A stretch of 64,000 nucleotides of DNA. Source: an uncultured Chromatiaceae bacterium (GTDB taxonomy: Bacteria; Pseudomonadota; Gammaproteobacteria; Tenderiales; Tenderiaceae). The stretch spans positions 36,045 through 100,044 of the forward strand of contig CALZIO010000003.1 of assembly GCA_945787785.1 (NCBI GenBank), given 5' to 3'. Shown piece after piece: positions 1 to 9,673 of the stretch. Each line of letters opens with the position of its first letter. The stretch's first letter is position 1. The position numbers were made by a program, and so were the translations under genes. The notes beneath the pieces are model-generated. The model saw only the letters and a program-made list of their open reading frames with translations. It was not told where the DNA came from and ran no database searches.

Positions 1-678
1 CAAGCGAGTGTGCTAATGCAAATAGTGCCTGATCAAGTCTCTGTTGGTGATACGTTTGCTGCTGTGATTCAAGTTAAGAATATTGGTCGTACTGCCTGGA
101 GCCGATCAAATGGTTACCATTTGGCGGCAATTGAGCCGAGCGCCTGGAATATCAAGCGCCTTGACCTCGCCAAACACGCACGTATTGCACCTGGCGAGAC
201 GGCCACGTTTAAAGCTGAGGTGACTGCGCCGTTGTTCGCTGGTGAATACGCTTTTCAATGGCGGATGCGTGTTAACAAGAGTTCTTTTGGTCAGGCAACA
301 CCGCTTGTGAATGTTCGCGTAGGCAGTCAGTCGATAACCCGTTTGGATTCTGAGTTTGTTTATCAGAATGTCAGCAATACCATGTTGGCTGGTGAGTCAC
401 ACCAGGCAACAATTCAGTTTAAAAATACCAGCCAAACTGATTGGCATGCGGGAGATGTGTTTCTCGTCAGTCTTGGTTCTAGTGGATTGACCTGGGCGAT
501 AGATTTGGTTGAGATGCAAGCGGGTAAGGTAATTAGGCAGGGAGAGTTCGTTGTGTTTCGGTTTAACGTTCAGGCGCCGCTGGAGCCGGGTAGTTACGCG
601 TTTCAATGGCAGTTAAGACATCGTCGTGGCGGCTTGTTTGGTACTCCCAGTGAGTTGGTGGCTGTGGATGTCAGATAG
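1..678 (+). CDS. C-terminal fragment of a protein built from two tandem NBR1-type Ig-like (beta-sandwich) domains; the 5' end lies outside the window
   Basis: The frame is open from nt 1 (QASVLM...); the ORF track gives 10..678. There are two internal repeats of about 105 aa, each ending G(E/S)YAFQW(R/Q). Both carry V.N.G...W and PGE motifs that I associate with the NBR1-like Ig fold. The family call is from memory of the pattern only. Confidence 0.45.
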   Translation, partial: QASVLMQIVPDQVSVGDTFAAVIQVKNIGRTAWSRSNGYHLAAIEPSAWNIKRLDLAKHARIAPGETATFKAEVTAPLFAGEYAFQWRMRVNKSSFGQATPLVNVRVGSQSITRLDSEFVYQNVSNTMLAGESHQATIQFKNTSQTDWHAGDVFLVSLGSSGLTWAIDLVEMQAGKVIRQGEFVVFRFNVQAPLEPGSYAFQWQLRHRRGGLFGTPSELVAVDVR

Positions 679-741
679 GCAGATATGAATCAGGCTTGAA
701 TACAAATCTGTCACATCTAAAAAATCAGGGTGCGTTAATCA

Positions 742-1704
742 TTGAAATGTCCTAAATGTGACTATGAGCGCCAAAAAAATGAGCAAGTGCCTGAATGGCA
801 ATGTCCTAGCTGTGGTATCGCCTACAGTAAATATAATAGTGATTCCGTTGTTACAAATAAGAGCGCCAAAGCGGAATCCCAATTAGCCACTCCAACCACC
901 TCAAGATCTGGCTCTGGAAAAACTTCTGGGTTTAGCTTTAAAAAATTCAGAATTTTGCTGTTGTTACTTGTTCTACTTGTTGTTGCCCTCAATAATTGGT
1001 TATCAATGGCTCGGTCTACGGACTGGGATCACCCCTTGTGGGTGGTTGTATATCCAATTAATGCTGACGCAAGTGCTGAGGTGGCTGACTATATACCGAC
1101 GCTTACAGATAAAAGCTTTTTCACCATTGAGGATTACTTTGTTGAAGAGGCTGAGCGTTATGGTGTGGCGATCAAGGATCCAGTTGATGTGCGTATTGGT
1201 CCTTTGGTAAAAGAGATGCCGCCCTTGCCACCGATGAATGGCGGTGTGTTTGATGTCATGATATGGAGTTTGAAGCTACGTTACTGGTCAGTGGTCAAAG
1301 ATGCTTATGATGGACCCAATCCGGACATACAGGTATTTGTGATGTATTACAAATCAGAAGAAAACAAACGCTTGGCCCATTCCACTGGACTGCAAAAAGG
1401 AATGGTAAGTGTGGTGCACGCCTTTGCTGATGATAAATTGGCCGAGAGTAATAATGTCGTGATTACGCATGAAATGCTTCATACATTGGGGGCGACAGAT
1501 AAATACAATCTTGCCAATGGTCAACCGATTTATCCGATTGGGTTTGCCGAGCCTGAACGCGAGCCGCTTTTTCCACAGCAATTTGCTGAGATTATGGGGG
1601 GCTATATTCCCCAGTCAGAATCAGAAATAAAAATGCCATCAAACCTGGTACAGACCTTGGTTGGGATGGATACCGCCAGAGAGATAGGTTGGCTAAAGCA
1701 ATAA
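742..1704 (+). CDS. Membrane-anchored protein: N-terminal zinc ribbon, one TM helix, and a C-terminal domain with a metzincin-like HExxHxxGxxD motif (putative zinc metallopeptidase)
   Basis: The TTG start is forced, because there is an in-frame TAA at 736-738. Zinc ribbon: CPKC...(14 aa)...CPSC. TM helix: FRILLLLLVLLVVALNNWL. Motif: THEMLHTLGATDKY, followed by EIMGGY 37 aa downstream (a possible Met-turn). Confidence 0.6.
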   Translation: MKCPKCDYERQKNEQVPEWQCPSCGIAYSKYNSDSVVTNKSAKAESQLATPTTSRSGSGKTSGFSFKKFRILLLLLVLLVVALNNWLSMARSTDWDHPLWVVVYPINADASAEVADYIPTLTDKSFFTIEDYFVEEAERYGVAIKDPVDVRIGPLVKEMPPLPPMNGGVFDVMIWSLKLRYWSVVKDAYDGPNPDIQVFVMYYKSEENKRLAHSTGLQKGMVSVVHAFADDKLAESNNVVITHEMLHTLGATDKYNLANGQPIYPIGFAEPEREPLFPQQFAEIMGGYIPQSESEIKMPSNLVQTLVGMDTAREIGWLKQ

Positions 1705-1705
1705 C

Positions 1706-2023
1706 ATGGCATCTTATCTATTAAATCTGCTACTAATCTCTCTCATCGCCTTTGTTGCTATTTTTTGGTGGAAAACGCTCGGTATTAAGCAGATTGCCTA
1801 TCAGGTTGCCAAGCGCCGCTGCGATGAGCTTGGTGTGCAGTTGTTGGACCAAAGCATTATGTTGCGGGGAATTGCGCTTAAACGCGCTGCTTCGGGAAAC
1901 ATATCAATCCTGCGCAAGTTTGTGTTTGAATTTTCATCAACCGGTGAAGAGCGCTATCGGGGTGAAATCCATATGTTAGGTTTGGGTGTGAACAAGGTGG
2001 AACTGGATGCGCACCGGATCTGA
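1706..2023 (+). CDS. Small single-TM protein, DUF3301-like
   Basis: The ATG lies 1 nt after the upstream stop. It has an N-terminal TM helix, then ...LGVQLLDQSIML...FVFEFSSTGEERYRGEI..., which matches my recollection of the DUF3301 pattern (QLLD, FEFS, RY.G). 105 aa. Confidence 0.55.
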   Translation: MASYLLNLLLISLIAFVAIFWWKTLGIKQIAYQVAKRRCDELGVQLLDQSIMLRGIALKRAASGNISILRKFVFEFSSTGEERYRGEIHMLGLGVNKVELDAHRI

Positions 2024-2348
2024 TAATTCAAGATAGTAATGGGATGCCAGTTAATGTCTCTCTGTGAATCCATTGCTTATTTAATGCTTTGCATTTTCTT
2101 CAAAACTATCAAAAAAATCTCCAGCAGAGCCTCGCTAGCGGCTGATCTGAGTGTCGGTTTGGAAATGTGCTGGACGATAATGAAGTGACCCGTTTTCTAT
2201 TCAAGTATTCCATTTGCGAGGGCAGGTGGTATGCTGCAAACATAGGCAATCATGATTCATTATGATCTGGCATTGGATGAATCGAAGTTGATTCCTAGGC
2301 TGAATATTGTGAAACCGATTATGGTTCAGTAATGGTGGACTGTTACCA

Positions 2349-4145
2349 ATGTTTAATTCACGCACAAGTTTTATTCAAATGTTAGTCATCATGAACAATC
2401 GCTTGCGTCATGTTGGCAGCGGTTCTCCGGCTGAATACAAAATTCCAAATATTGAATTTGCGGAATTGAATATTCGCGCGCTTGGCGTTGCTCTATGCCT
2501 GTTGTGCGGAGCGCTGCTTTTTGTACCTGCCAGCTTTGCCCAGGAGCCAACATTAAAAGATATGTTGGAAGATTCTGCGGCGCAGGAGGAGGGTAAGAAA
2601 GCCGAGGTAATAGCTAAGCCGCCAGCGCCACTGGGGCCAGAAGATGAGTTTGGCCGTGGTGTGCCACGAAGCACAGCCTTAGGATATTTGAATGCAACCA
2701 AGGAGCGGGATTTCGAACGTGCTGCTGAGTATCTGGACTTACGTAATCTTCCGCGAGGGATGAGTGCTGAGCAAGGCCTGGAACTGGCTGACCAATTAAA
2801 AGTCGTGTTGGATCGGGCATTGTGGATAGATATCAACGCGTTAAGTGATGACCCCATGGGGCATAGTGATGACAATCTGCCCAGTTACCGTGACTGGGTC
2901 GGCAAGATTGATTTACCGGACGGCAGCGTTGATGTTCTATTGCAGCGTGTGCCGCGTGGCGATGGTGTCTTCATCTGGAAATTCTCCAATGCCACGGTTG
3001 CAAACATACCACAGCTCTATGATGTCCACGGCTATGGTCCGTTTGGAGAGGTCTTGGTCGAGTGGCTGCCCGCGTATTCATTTTTAGGTTTTGAACTATG
3101 GCAGTGGGTAGGCGCCATTATTCTCTTGATTGTTGGTTATCTGATCGCCATGGTGCCTACTGCGATTGTGGCATGGCTTGTTAAACGCCGTAACAAGCCG
3201 ATGTCAGGGCCTATCGCCGCATTTATACGATTCCCAGTTCGAATTTTAGTCGCGCTGATTATCGCGCGTCAGTTTATAGATCTGTTATCCCCGACTGTCG
3301 AAGCGCGGGCCATTCTGCAAGGCCAGACTTTTCTGCTTCTCGTTTGGGCGTGGGTGTTTTTACGCCTGATCAATATAATGCGGGATCACTTGATTGAAGT
3401 GCGGAGCAGTCGCGGTGCGACGGCGGGGCCGGTATTGTTGCGTCCAGCCGCCAACGCGTTGAAGGGGTTAGTTGTCATTATCTTTGCGTTGCTATGGCTG
3501 GAAAACCTCGGTTTTAACGCCACAACCATTCTGGCCGGTCTCGGTGTTGGTGGTATTGCGTTAGCACTGGCAGCGCAGAAATCGATAGAGAATATGATCG
3601 GTGCGGTTATGCTCTATTCGTCTCAGCCGGTACGCATTGGTGATTTCTGTCGCTTCGGCGACAAGATGGGTGTGGTCGAAGAAATCGGTTTGCGTGCCAC
3701 AAGCATTCGCACCCTGGACCGCACGGTAATTCATGTGCCCAACGCCGCGTTCGCCGATATGCACATCGAGAACTTCGCCGAGCGTGAGAAAATCCGTTTT
3801 TGTCCTAAAATATCGTTGCGCCTGGACACGACGCCAGACCAGATTCGCTCCATCATTGCAGAGATAAAGAAGATGTTGCTGGAGCATGTTGACGTTGATG
3901 ATGATCCGGCGCGTGTGAGATTTAGTGGTTTTGGTGGGTACTCGCTTGATCTTGATATTTTTGCTTATGTTCCAACCACGGATGTTAATCATTACCTGGA
4001 AGTGGTGGAGGATCTGCATCTGCGCATTATGGATATCATCAGCGCTGCGGGTACGGCACTGGCAGCACCGACCCGGACAGTGTGGAATGAAGATAAAGCC
4101 CCGCCAGACCGGGACGCTGTGGCGCGCACTGAGGCAGAGGTTTAA
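2349..4145 (+). CDS. Mechanosensitive ion channel (MscS family) with a large N-terminal periplasmic extension
   Basis: MscS core: GLGVGGIALALAAQKSIENMIGAVMLYSSQPVRIGDFCRFGD.MGVVEEIGLRATSIRTLDRTVIHVPNA. Signal-like segment ALCLLCGALLFVPASFA/QE, several TM helices, and a C-terminal alpha/beta domain. The true start may be an internal Met (MLVIMNN.. or MNN..). Confidence 0.85.
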   Translation: MFNSRTSFIQMLVIMNNRLRHVGSGSPAEYKIPNIEFAELNIRALGVALCLLCGALLFVPASFAQEPTLKDMLEDSAAQEEGKKAEVIAKPPAPLGPEDEFGRGVPRSTALGYLNATKERDFERAAEYLDLRNLPRGMSAEQGLELADQLKVVLDRALWIDINALSDDPMGHSDDNLPSYRDWVGKIDLPDGSVDVLLQRVPRGDGVFIWKFSNATVANIPQLYDVHGYGPFGEVLVEWLPAYSFLGFELWQWVGAIILLIVGYLIAMVPTAIVAWLVKRRNKPMSGPIAAFIRFPVRILVALIIARQFIDLLSPTVEARAILQGQTFLLLVWAWVFLRLINIMRDHLIEVRSSRGATAGPVLLRPAANALKGLVVIIFALLWLENLGFNATTILAGLGVGGIALALAAQKSIENMIGAVMLYSSQPVRIGDFCRFGDKMGVVEEIGLRATSIRTLDRTVIHVPNAAFADMHIENFAEREKIRFCPKISLRLDTTPDQIRSIIAEIKKMLLEHVDVDDDPARVRFSGFGGYSLDLDIFAYVPTTDVNHYLEVVEDLHLRIMDIISAAGTALAAPTRTVWNEDKAPPDRDAVARTEAEV

Positions 4146-4225
4146 AAAATGGCGAAAAGCAGATGAGTTGTAGTTTCCACTCAGAGACAGCGAAAGAATT
4201 CTTATACAGTTTCATGGCAGTAAAA

Positions 4226-4254
4226 CCCGGTGTGAGGCCGGGCTTATTTGTTTT
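4226..4254 (+). terminator. Weak candidate intrinsic terminator downstream of the mscS-like gene
   Basis: CCCGG-tgtgagg-CCGGG hairpin followed by a T-rich tract, cttatttgtttt. The stem is short. Confidence 0.35.
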
Positions 4255-4319
4255 GTGAATAGCTGATTCTAACCGATCTGGGTAAACACAATCGTGATTG
4301 TCACAGAGCAGTTTGTTGT

Positions 4320-5174
4320 TTATTTACACGCTTTAATAAACGCCAGTGCCGCATTCGAAAGCGTGCGGCGTGGATGATGGACGATCCCGAGTTCGCGTTT
4401 TATCAGGATATCGCGTCGTTGTTTTGGTCGTAGCTCTTCTTCCAGCATGTTGTCTGGTAATAAGCTCCAGCCAAGCCCGACAGTGACCATCATCTTGATG
4501 GTCTCGAGATAATGGGTTTCCAGTTTTGTCTCCACTTGAGTCAAGGCAAGAGTTTTGTCGATGAGTTCGCGGGTATAGGTGCCACGAGAAGGCAAAATGG
4601 CGGGATAACGAGCCAGTACCTTGGGTGTGATTTTTATTTCATGGCTTAATGGGTGTTCAGGACTGGCAGCGAGCACCAGACGATCTGTCCAGACTTCAAT
4701 CATGGTTAGTGAAGTACTCTGTTTAGGTGGCAGAGTAACTACGGCTAGTTCCAGCTCGCCCTGTTCGACTGCGCGGCAGGCGACTTCTGAGTCCATAAAA
4801 CTCAAATCCAACTCTACTTCGGGATAACGGCGGGTGAAGTCACGCAGAACCGGTGGCAGACGGTGCAGGCTGATGTGATGACTGGTGGCTATTTTCAGTG
4901 GGCCACGTACTTGGCCAGTTAAGTTGCTGATGGCGCGGCGGCTGTCTTCCACTTCATTGATGATGCGTTGGGCGTGTGTTTCCAGGGCGCGGCCCGCTTC
5001 GGTCAGGCTGACCTGGCGGCCAATACGGTCAAACAGGCGCGTATCCACCTGACTTTCCAGGGCGGCAATGCGTTTGCTGACCGCGGGCTGAGTTAGATGT
5101 AATTCATGCGCTGCCAGCGAAAAAGAGGCGTGGCGGGCAACGCTCAGAAATGCGGTTAAGTCTTCAATGTTCAT
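4320..5174 (-). CDS. LysR-family transcriptional regulator, divergent from leuC
   Basis: N-terminal HTH: FLSVARHASFSLAAHELHLTQPAVSKRIAALE. 284 aa with the typical LysR substrate-binding architecture. Confidence 0.9.
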   Translation of the reverse strand: MNIEDLTAFLSVARHASFSLAAHELHLTQPAVSKRIAALESQVDTRLFDRIGRQVSLTEAGRALETHAQRIINEVEDSRRAISNLTGQVRGPLKIATSHHISLHRLPPVLRDFTRRYPEVELDLSFMDSEVACRAVEQGELELAVVTLPPKQSTSLTMIEVWTDRLVLAASPEHPLSHEIKITPKVLARYPAILPSRGTYTRELIDKTLALTQVETKLETHYLETIKMMVTVGLGWSLLPDNMLEEELRPKQRRDILIKRELGIVHHPRRTLSNAALAFIKACK

Positions 5175-5185
5175 GTTTTTATTCT

Positions 5186-5200
5186 ATTCCATAATGGAAT
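5186..5200. promoter_or_regulatory. Perfect 7-1-7 palindrome ATTCCAT-A-ATGGAAT in the LysR/leuC divergent region; candidate LysR-type (T-N11-A) operator
   Basis: Read directly from the sequence. It lies 12 nt upstream of the LysR start codon and about 100 nt upstream of leuC. It contains a T-N11-A core. Confidence 0.45.
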
Positions 5201-5299
5201 GGTTTGTATGAAAATTATGAATTTGAGTTATTTGTGTCTCGGGACTATGATTGCTTCATCCTTCACATGAATTAATGCCAGCAACAGAGGAGAACAAGC

Positions 5300-6715
5300 G
5301 TGGCTGGAAAGACCTTATACGACAAATTATGGGATGCCCATGTGGTGCGTCAGAATGATGATGGCAGTTGCCTTATCTATATAGATAGACAGCTGGTGCA
5401 TGAAGTGACATCACCGCAGGCCTTTGAGGGACTGCGTCTGGCGGGTCGTCAGCCCTGGCGTACTGACGCTAATCTGGCCACGCCGGATCACAATGTGCCT
5501 ACCACAGATCGTGAGCAAGGCATTGCCGGGATTGTGGACCCCATTTCCAAACTGCAGGTGGAGACGCTTGATGCCAATTGCGATGAGTTTGGCATCACCG
5601 AGTTTAAAATGGATGATGTGCGTCAGGGCATTGTTCACGTGGTTGGCCCTGAGCAGGGCGCAACCCTGCCGGGCATGACTGTGGTGTGTGGTGATTCACA
5701 TACTTCGACGCATGGCGCCTTGGGGGCGCTGGCGCATGGCATCGGCACATCCGAAGTTGAGCATGTGTTGGCAACCCAGTGTTTGATCCAGAAGAAATCA
5801 AAGAATATGTTGGTAAAGGTGAATGGCCAGGTGGATCCCGGTGTGACGGCCAAAGATATCGTCTTGGCAATCATTGGTGAGATTGGTACCGCGGGAGGTA
5901 CTGGTTACGCCATCGAGTTTGCTGGTCAGGCTATTCAGAATCTTTCCGTCGAAGGGCGTATGACCGTCTGCAATATGGCCATCGAAGCGGGTGCCCGCGC
6001 CGGTATGGTGGCGGTGGATGATAAGACGATCGATTATGTTAAAGGACGTCCTTATGCGCCTAATGAATCTCAATGGGATGCAGCCGTTAACGCCTGGCGC
6101 GACTTGCGCAGCGATGCCGATGCCACGTTTGATACGGTGGTGGAATTAAATGCGGCGGATATCCAGCCACAGGTTACCTGGGGTACATCACCGGAGATGG
6201 TGGTGGCCGTCGGAGATAAGGTGCCCAATCCGGCCGATGAAGCTAACGCAGTGAAGCGCACCGGCATGGAAAAGGCGCTGGCCTATATGGGTCTGGAAGC
6301 TAACACGCCTATCAACGAGATTAGTGTGGATAAGGTGTTCATCGGTTCTTGTACCAACTCCCGCATCGAAGATATGCGTGAAGCGGCAAAGGTGGCCAAT
6401 GGAAACAAGGTGGCTGATTCAGTCAAGCTGGCCTTGGTGGTGCCTGGCTCCGGTCTGGTAAAACAGCAGGCCGAACAAGAGGGTCTGGATAAAATTTTTA
6501 TCGCGGCGGGTTTTGAGTGGCGTGAACCTGGGTGCTCTATGTGTTTGGCCATGAATGCTGATCGTCTTGAGCCCGGTGAACGTTGTGCCTCTACTTCAAA
6601 CCGAAATTTTGAAGGAAGGCAAGGGCAGGGCGGTCGCACCCATTTGGTAAGTCCTGCGATGGCGGCGGCTGCAGCTGTTAATGGTCATTTTGCCGATGTG
6701 CGTGAAATGAGTTAA
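5300..6715 (+). CDS. leuC: 3-isopropylmalate dehydratase large subunit
   Basis: GTG start. [16 protein letters not shown]..., GDSHT, and the Fe-S cysteine motifs ([15 protein letters not shown]). 471 aa. Confidence 0.97.
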   Translation: MAGKTLYDKLWDAHVVRQNDDGSCLIYIDRQLVHEVTSPQAFEGLRLAGRQPWRTDANLATPDHNVPTTDREQGIAGIVDPISKLQVETLDANCDEFGITEFKMDDVRQGIVHVVGPEQGATLPGMTVVCGDSHTSTHGALGALAHGIGTSEVEHVLATQCLIQKKSKNMLVKVNGQVDPGVTAKDIVLAIIGEIGTAGGTGYAIEFAGQAIQNLSVEGRMTVCNMAIEAGARAGMVAVDDKTIDYVKGRPYAPNESQWDAAVNAWRDLRSDADATFDTVVELNAADIQPQVTWGTSPEMVVAVGDKVPNPADEANAVKRTGMEKALAYMGLEANTPINEISVDKVFIGSCTNSRIEDMREAAKVANGNKVADSVKLALVVPGSGLVKQQAEQEGLDKIFIAAGFEWREPGCSMCLAMNADRLEPGERCASTSNRNFEGRQGQGGRTHLVSPAMAAAAAVNGHFADVREMS

Positions 6716-6726
6716 GGAAAAGAATC

Positions 6727-7365
6727 ATGGAAAAATTTACAACGTTAACGGGCTTGGTTGTGCCCCTGGATCGTCCCAATGTGGATACTGACGCCATCAT
6801 CCCGAAACAGTTTTTAAAGTCGATTAAACGCTCAGGGTTTGGCCCCAATCTGTTTGATGAGTGGCGCTATCTTGATCACGGTGAACCGGGCATGGATAAC
6901 AGTAAGCGGCCGTTGAATCCTGACTTTGTTCTGAATCAGGCCCGTTATCAAGGTGCCCAGGTGTTGCTGGGGCGGGATAATTTTGGTTGTGGCTCATCAC
7001 GAGAGCATGCCCCCTGGGCGCTGGAAGACTATGGTTTTCGCAGCGTTATCGCGCCGAGTTTTGCCGATATCTTCTACAATAACTGTTTCAAGAACGGTAT
7101 TCTTCCTCTTGTTCTGGATGCCGCGATTGTTAATCAGTTGTTTAAGGAGACTGAGGCCAGTGAGGGTTATCGTCTGACCGTTGATTTACCTAATCAGCAG
7201 GTCACGACGCCGACAGGAGAGTCATTTGCTTTTGAAGTGGATGAGTTTCGCAAATATTGTTTGTTGAATGGATTGGATGACATCGGTCTGACACTGCAGT
7301 GTGTGGATGACATCAAGGCCTTTGAAGAAAAACACAAGGCCAGGTCTCCCTGGTTGTTTAATTAA
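6727..7365 (+). CDS. leuD: 3-isopropylmalate dehydratase small subunit
   Basis: [31 protein letters not shown]..., [13 protein letters not shown]. 212 aa, directly after leuC. Confidence 0.97.
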   Translation: MEKFTTLTGLVVPLDRPNVDTDAIIPKQFLKSIKRSGFGPNLFDEWRYLDHGEPGMDNSKRPLNPDFVLNQARYQGAQVLLGRDNFGCGSSREHAPWALEDYGFRSVIAPSFADIFYNNCFKNGILPLVLDAAIVNQLFKETEASEGYRLTVDLPNQQVTTPTGESFAFEVDEFRKYCLLNGLDDIGLTLQCVDDIKAFEEKHKARSPWLFN

Positions 7366-7366
7366 A

Positions 7367-7401
7367 TGTAGGGTGGGCTAAGGCGTTAGACGCAGCCCAC
7401 C
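7367..7401. repeat. REP-like palindromic element (TGTAGGGTGGGCT...AGCCCACC) between leuD and leuB
   Basis: The GGTGGGCT / AGCCCACC stem encloses a second small stem (GCGTtagaCGC). It shares the GTAGGGTG head with the elements at 60792 and 60851. Confidence 0.5.
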
Positions 7402-7445
7402 AGGTTGTGCTGATCAAATATTAGAGTTTAGTTAGAGAGAATAAA

Positions 7446-8519
7446 ATGACAAAGAAAATTGCAGTGTTGCCGGGTGACGGCATTGGCCCTGAAATTGTAA
7501 GGGAAGCCGTAAAAGTAATTGAAGTGCTTAAAGCGAGCCATGGTCTGGATGTTGAAATGACAGAAGCTGCCATTGGCGGTGCCGGCTATGATGCTGCCGG
7601 TGATCCGCTGCCAGCGGAAACTCTGGAGTTAGCCAAGGCTTCTGATGCAATACTGCTAGGTGCGGTTGGCGGTCCCAAGTACGACAACCTGGATCGTCCT
7701 TTGCGCCCTGAGCGTGGTCTGCTGCGCATCCGCAAGGAGCTAAACCTGTTTGCCAATCTGCGTCCTGCTTTGCTCTATCCTGAGCTGGCTGAAGCATCGA
7801 CATTAAAGCCGGAAGTGGTTTCAAATCTGGATATTATGATCGTGCGTGAATTGACGGGTGATATCTATTTTGGCCAGCCACGCGGTATTGAAGTACGTAA
7901 CGGTGAGCGCGTGGGTTTTAATACCATGCTGTATAGCGAATCTGAAGTGCGCCGTGTTGCCCATGTGGCCTTCCAGATTGCCATGAAACGCGATAAGAAA
8001 CTGTGTTCAGTAGAAAAGGCTAATGTACTAGAGTGCAGTGAGTTGTGGAAAGAGGTTGTCACTGAAATTAGTCAGGAATATCCAGAGGTTGAGTTGAGCC
8101 ACATGTATGTCGACAACGCCGCCATGCAGTTAGTGCGCGCGCCGAAACAGTTTGATGTGATTGTGACCGGTAATATATTCGGTGATATTCTGTCTGACGC
8201 CGCTTCGATGTTGACGGGTTCCATCGGCATGTTGCCCTCAGCCTCACTGGATCAAAACAATAAGGGTATGTACGAGCCGATCCACGGTTCAGCTCCCGAT
8301 ATTGCCGGTAAAAATATTGCCAATCCGCTGGCAACTATCCTGTCTGTTTCCATGATGTTGCGTTACACTTTTGCAGATGAGGCAGCTGCGCAGGTTATCG
8401 ATGATGCGGTGCGCAAGGTATTGGCGAATGGCTATCGAACAGTAGATATCTATTCAGAAGGCACACGCAAGGTATCATGCTCTGAAATGGGTGATGCCGT
8501 GGTTGCAGCACTTGCCTGA
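7446..8519 (+). CDS. leuB: 3-isopropylmalate dehydrogenase
   Basis: [18 protein letters not shown]..., [23 protein letters not shown]. 357 aa. Confidence 0.97.
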   Translation: MTKKIAVLPGDGIGPEIVREAVKVIEVLKASHGLDVEMTEAAIGGAGYDAAGDPLPAETLELAKASDAILLGAVGGPKYDNLDRPLRPERGLLRIRKELNLFANLRPALLYPELAEASTLKPEVVSNLDIMIVRELTGDIYFGQPRGIEVRNGERVGFNTMLYSESEVRRVAHVAFQIAMKRDKKLCSVEKANVLECSELWKEVVTEISQEYPEVELSHMYVDNAAMQLVRAPKQFDVIVTGNIFGDILSDAASMLTGSIGMLPSASLDQNNKGMYEPIHGSAPDIAGKNIANPLATILSVSMMLRYTFADEAAAQVIDDAVRKVLANGYRTVDIYSEGTRKVSCSEMGDAVVAALA

Positions 8520-8551
8520 ATAAATGTATAAGAGTTTAGAGAGATAGGGAT

Positions 8552-9664
8552 ATGAAGAGAGTAGGTCTGATTGGTTGGCGCGGCATGGTGGGGTCTGTGC
8601 TGATGCAGCGCATGCGTGACAATAATGATTTTGCTGATATCGAGCCGGTTTTCTTTACCACGTCTCAAGCGGGTCAGCCGGGGCCGGATGTAGGCAAGGC
8701 TATACCTGCTTTAAAAGATGCCAACAGCATTGATGAATTGAAGACGATGGATGTGATCATCTCTTGCCAAGGGGGAGATTACACACGCGAGGTTTACGAG
8801 CCATTGCGTGCCTCTGGCTGGAATGGTTATTGGATAGATGCTGCGTCTGCCCTGCGTATGAAAGATGACAGTATCATTGTGCTGGACCCCGTGAATATTG
8901 ATGTCATTAAGGATGGGCTGGCCAACGGTATTAAGACCTATGTCGGTGGTAACTGCACTGTCAGCTTGATGTTAATGGCCATCGGTGGTCTGTTGGATAA
9001 AGGACTGGTGGAATGGATTTCACCCATGACCTACCAGGCGGCGTCAGGTGCAGGTGCACGCAATATGCGTGAGCTGATTCAACAAATGGGAGCGATAGAC
9101 GCCAAGGTTGTCTCTTTGTTGCATGATCCGGCCTCTGCCATTTTGGAAATCGATAAGCAGGTGTCAGATTTTATTCGTTCTGATGATTACCCTCTCGAAG
9201 CCTGGCCGGTACCGCTGGCGGGTTCGCTGATCCCATGGATAGATGTGCCGCTGGAATCTGGGCAGAGTAAAGAAGAGTGGAAGGCTGAGGCTGAGACAAA
9301 CAAGATTATTGGGCGCAGCGATAATCCGCTGCCGATTGATGGACTATGTGTCCGTATCGGCGCAATGCGTTGTCACTCTCAGGCGCTGACTATCAAGATG
9401 ACAAAAGATGTCCCTCTGGATGAAATCCATGGCATTATTGCCACACATAATGATTGGGTCAAAGTCATCCCCAATGAAAAAGAGATCACCATGCAAGAGC
9501 TTACACCTGCGGCAGTGACTGGCACATTGAATGTGCCTGTTGGTCGCATGCGTAAGTTGAGTATGGGTCCAGAGTACCTGTCGGCTTTCACCGTGGGTGA
9601 CCAGTTGCTATGGGGCGCCGCCGAACCGCTGCGCCGTATGTTGCGTATCTTGCTCGAGAGCTGA
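8552..9664 (+). CDS. asd: Aspartate-semialdehyde dehydrogenase (long, E. coli type)
   Basis: [21 protein letters not shown]. Active-site motif [11 protein letters not shown] and RCHSQA. 370 aa. Confidence 0.97.
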   Translation: MKRVGLIGWRGMVGSVLMQRMRDNNDFADIEPVFFTTSQAGQPGPDVGKAIPALKDANSIDELKTMDVIISCQGGDYTREVYEPLRASGWNGYWIDAASALRMKDDSIIVLDPVNIDVIKDGLANGIKTYVGGNCTVSLMLMAIGGLLDKGLVEWISPMTYQAASGAGARNMRELIQQMGAIDAKVVSLLHDPASAILEIDKQVSDFIRSDDYPLEAWPVPLAGSLIPWIDVPLESGQSKEEWKAEAETNKIIGRSDNPLPIDGLCVRIGAMRCHSQALTIKMTKDVPLDEIHGIIATHNDWVKVIPNEKEITMQELTPAAVTGTLNVPVGRMRKLSMGPEYLSAFTVGDQLLWGAAEPLRRMLRILLES

Positions 9665-9673
9665 TTTATTCCT

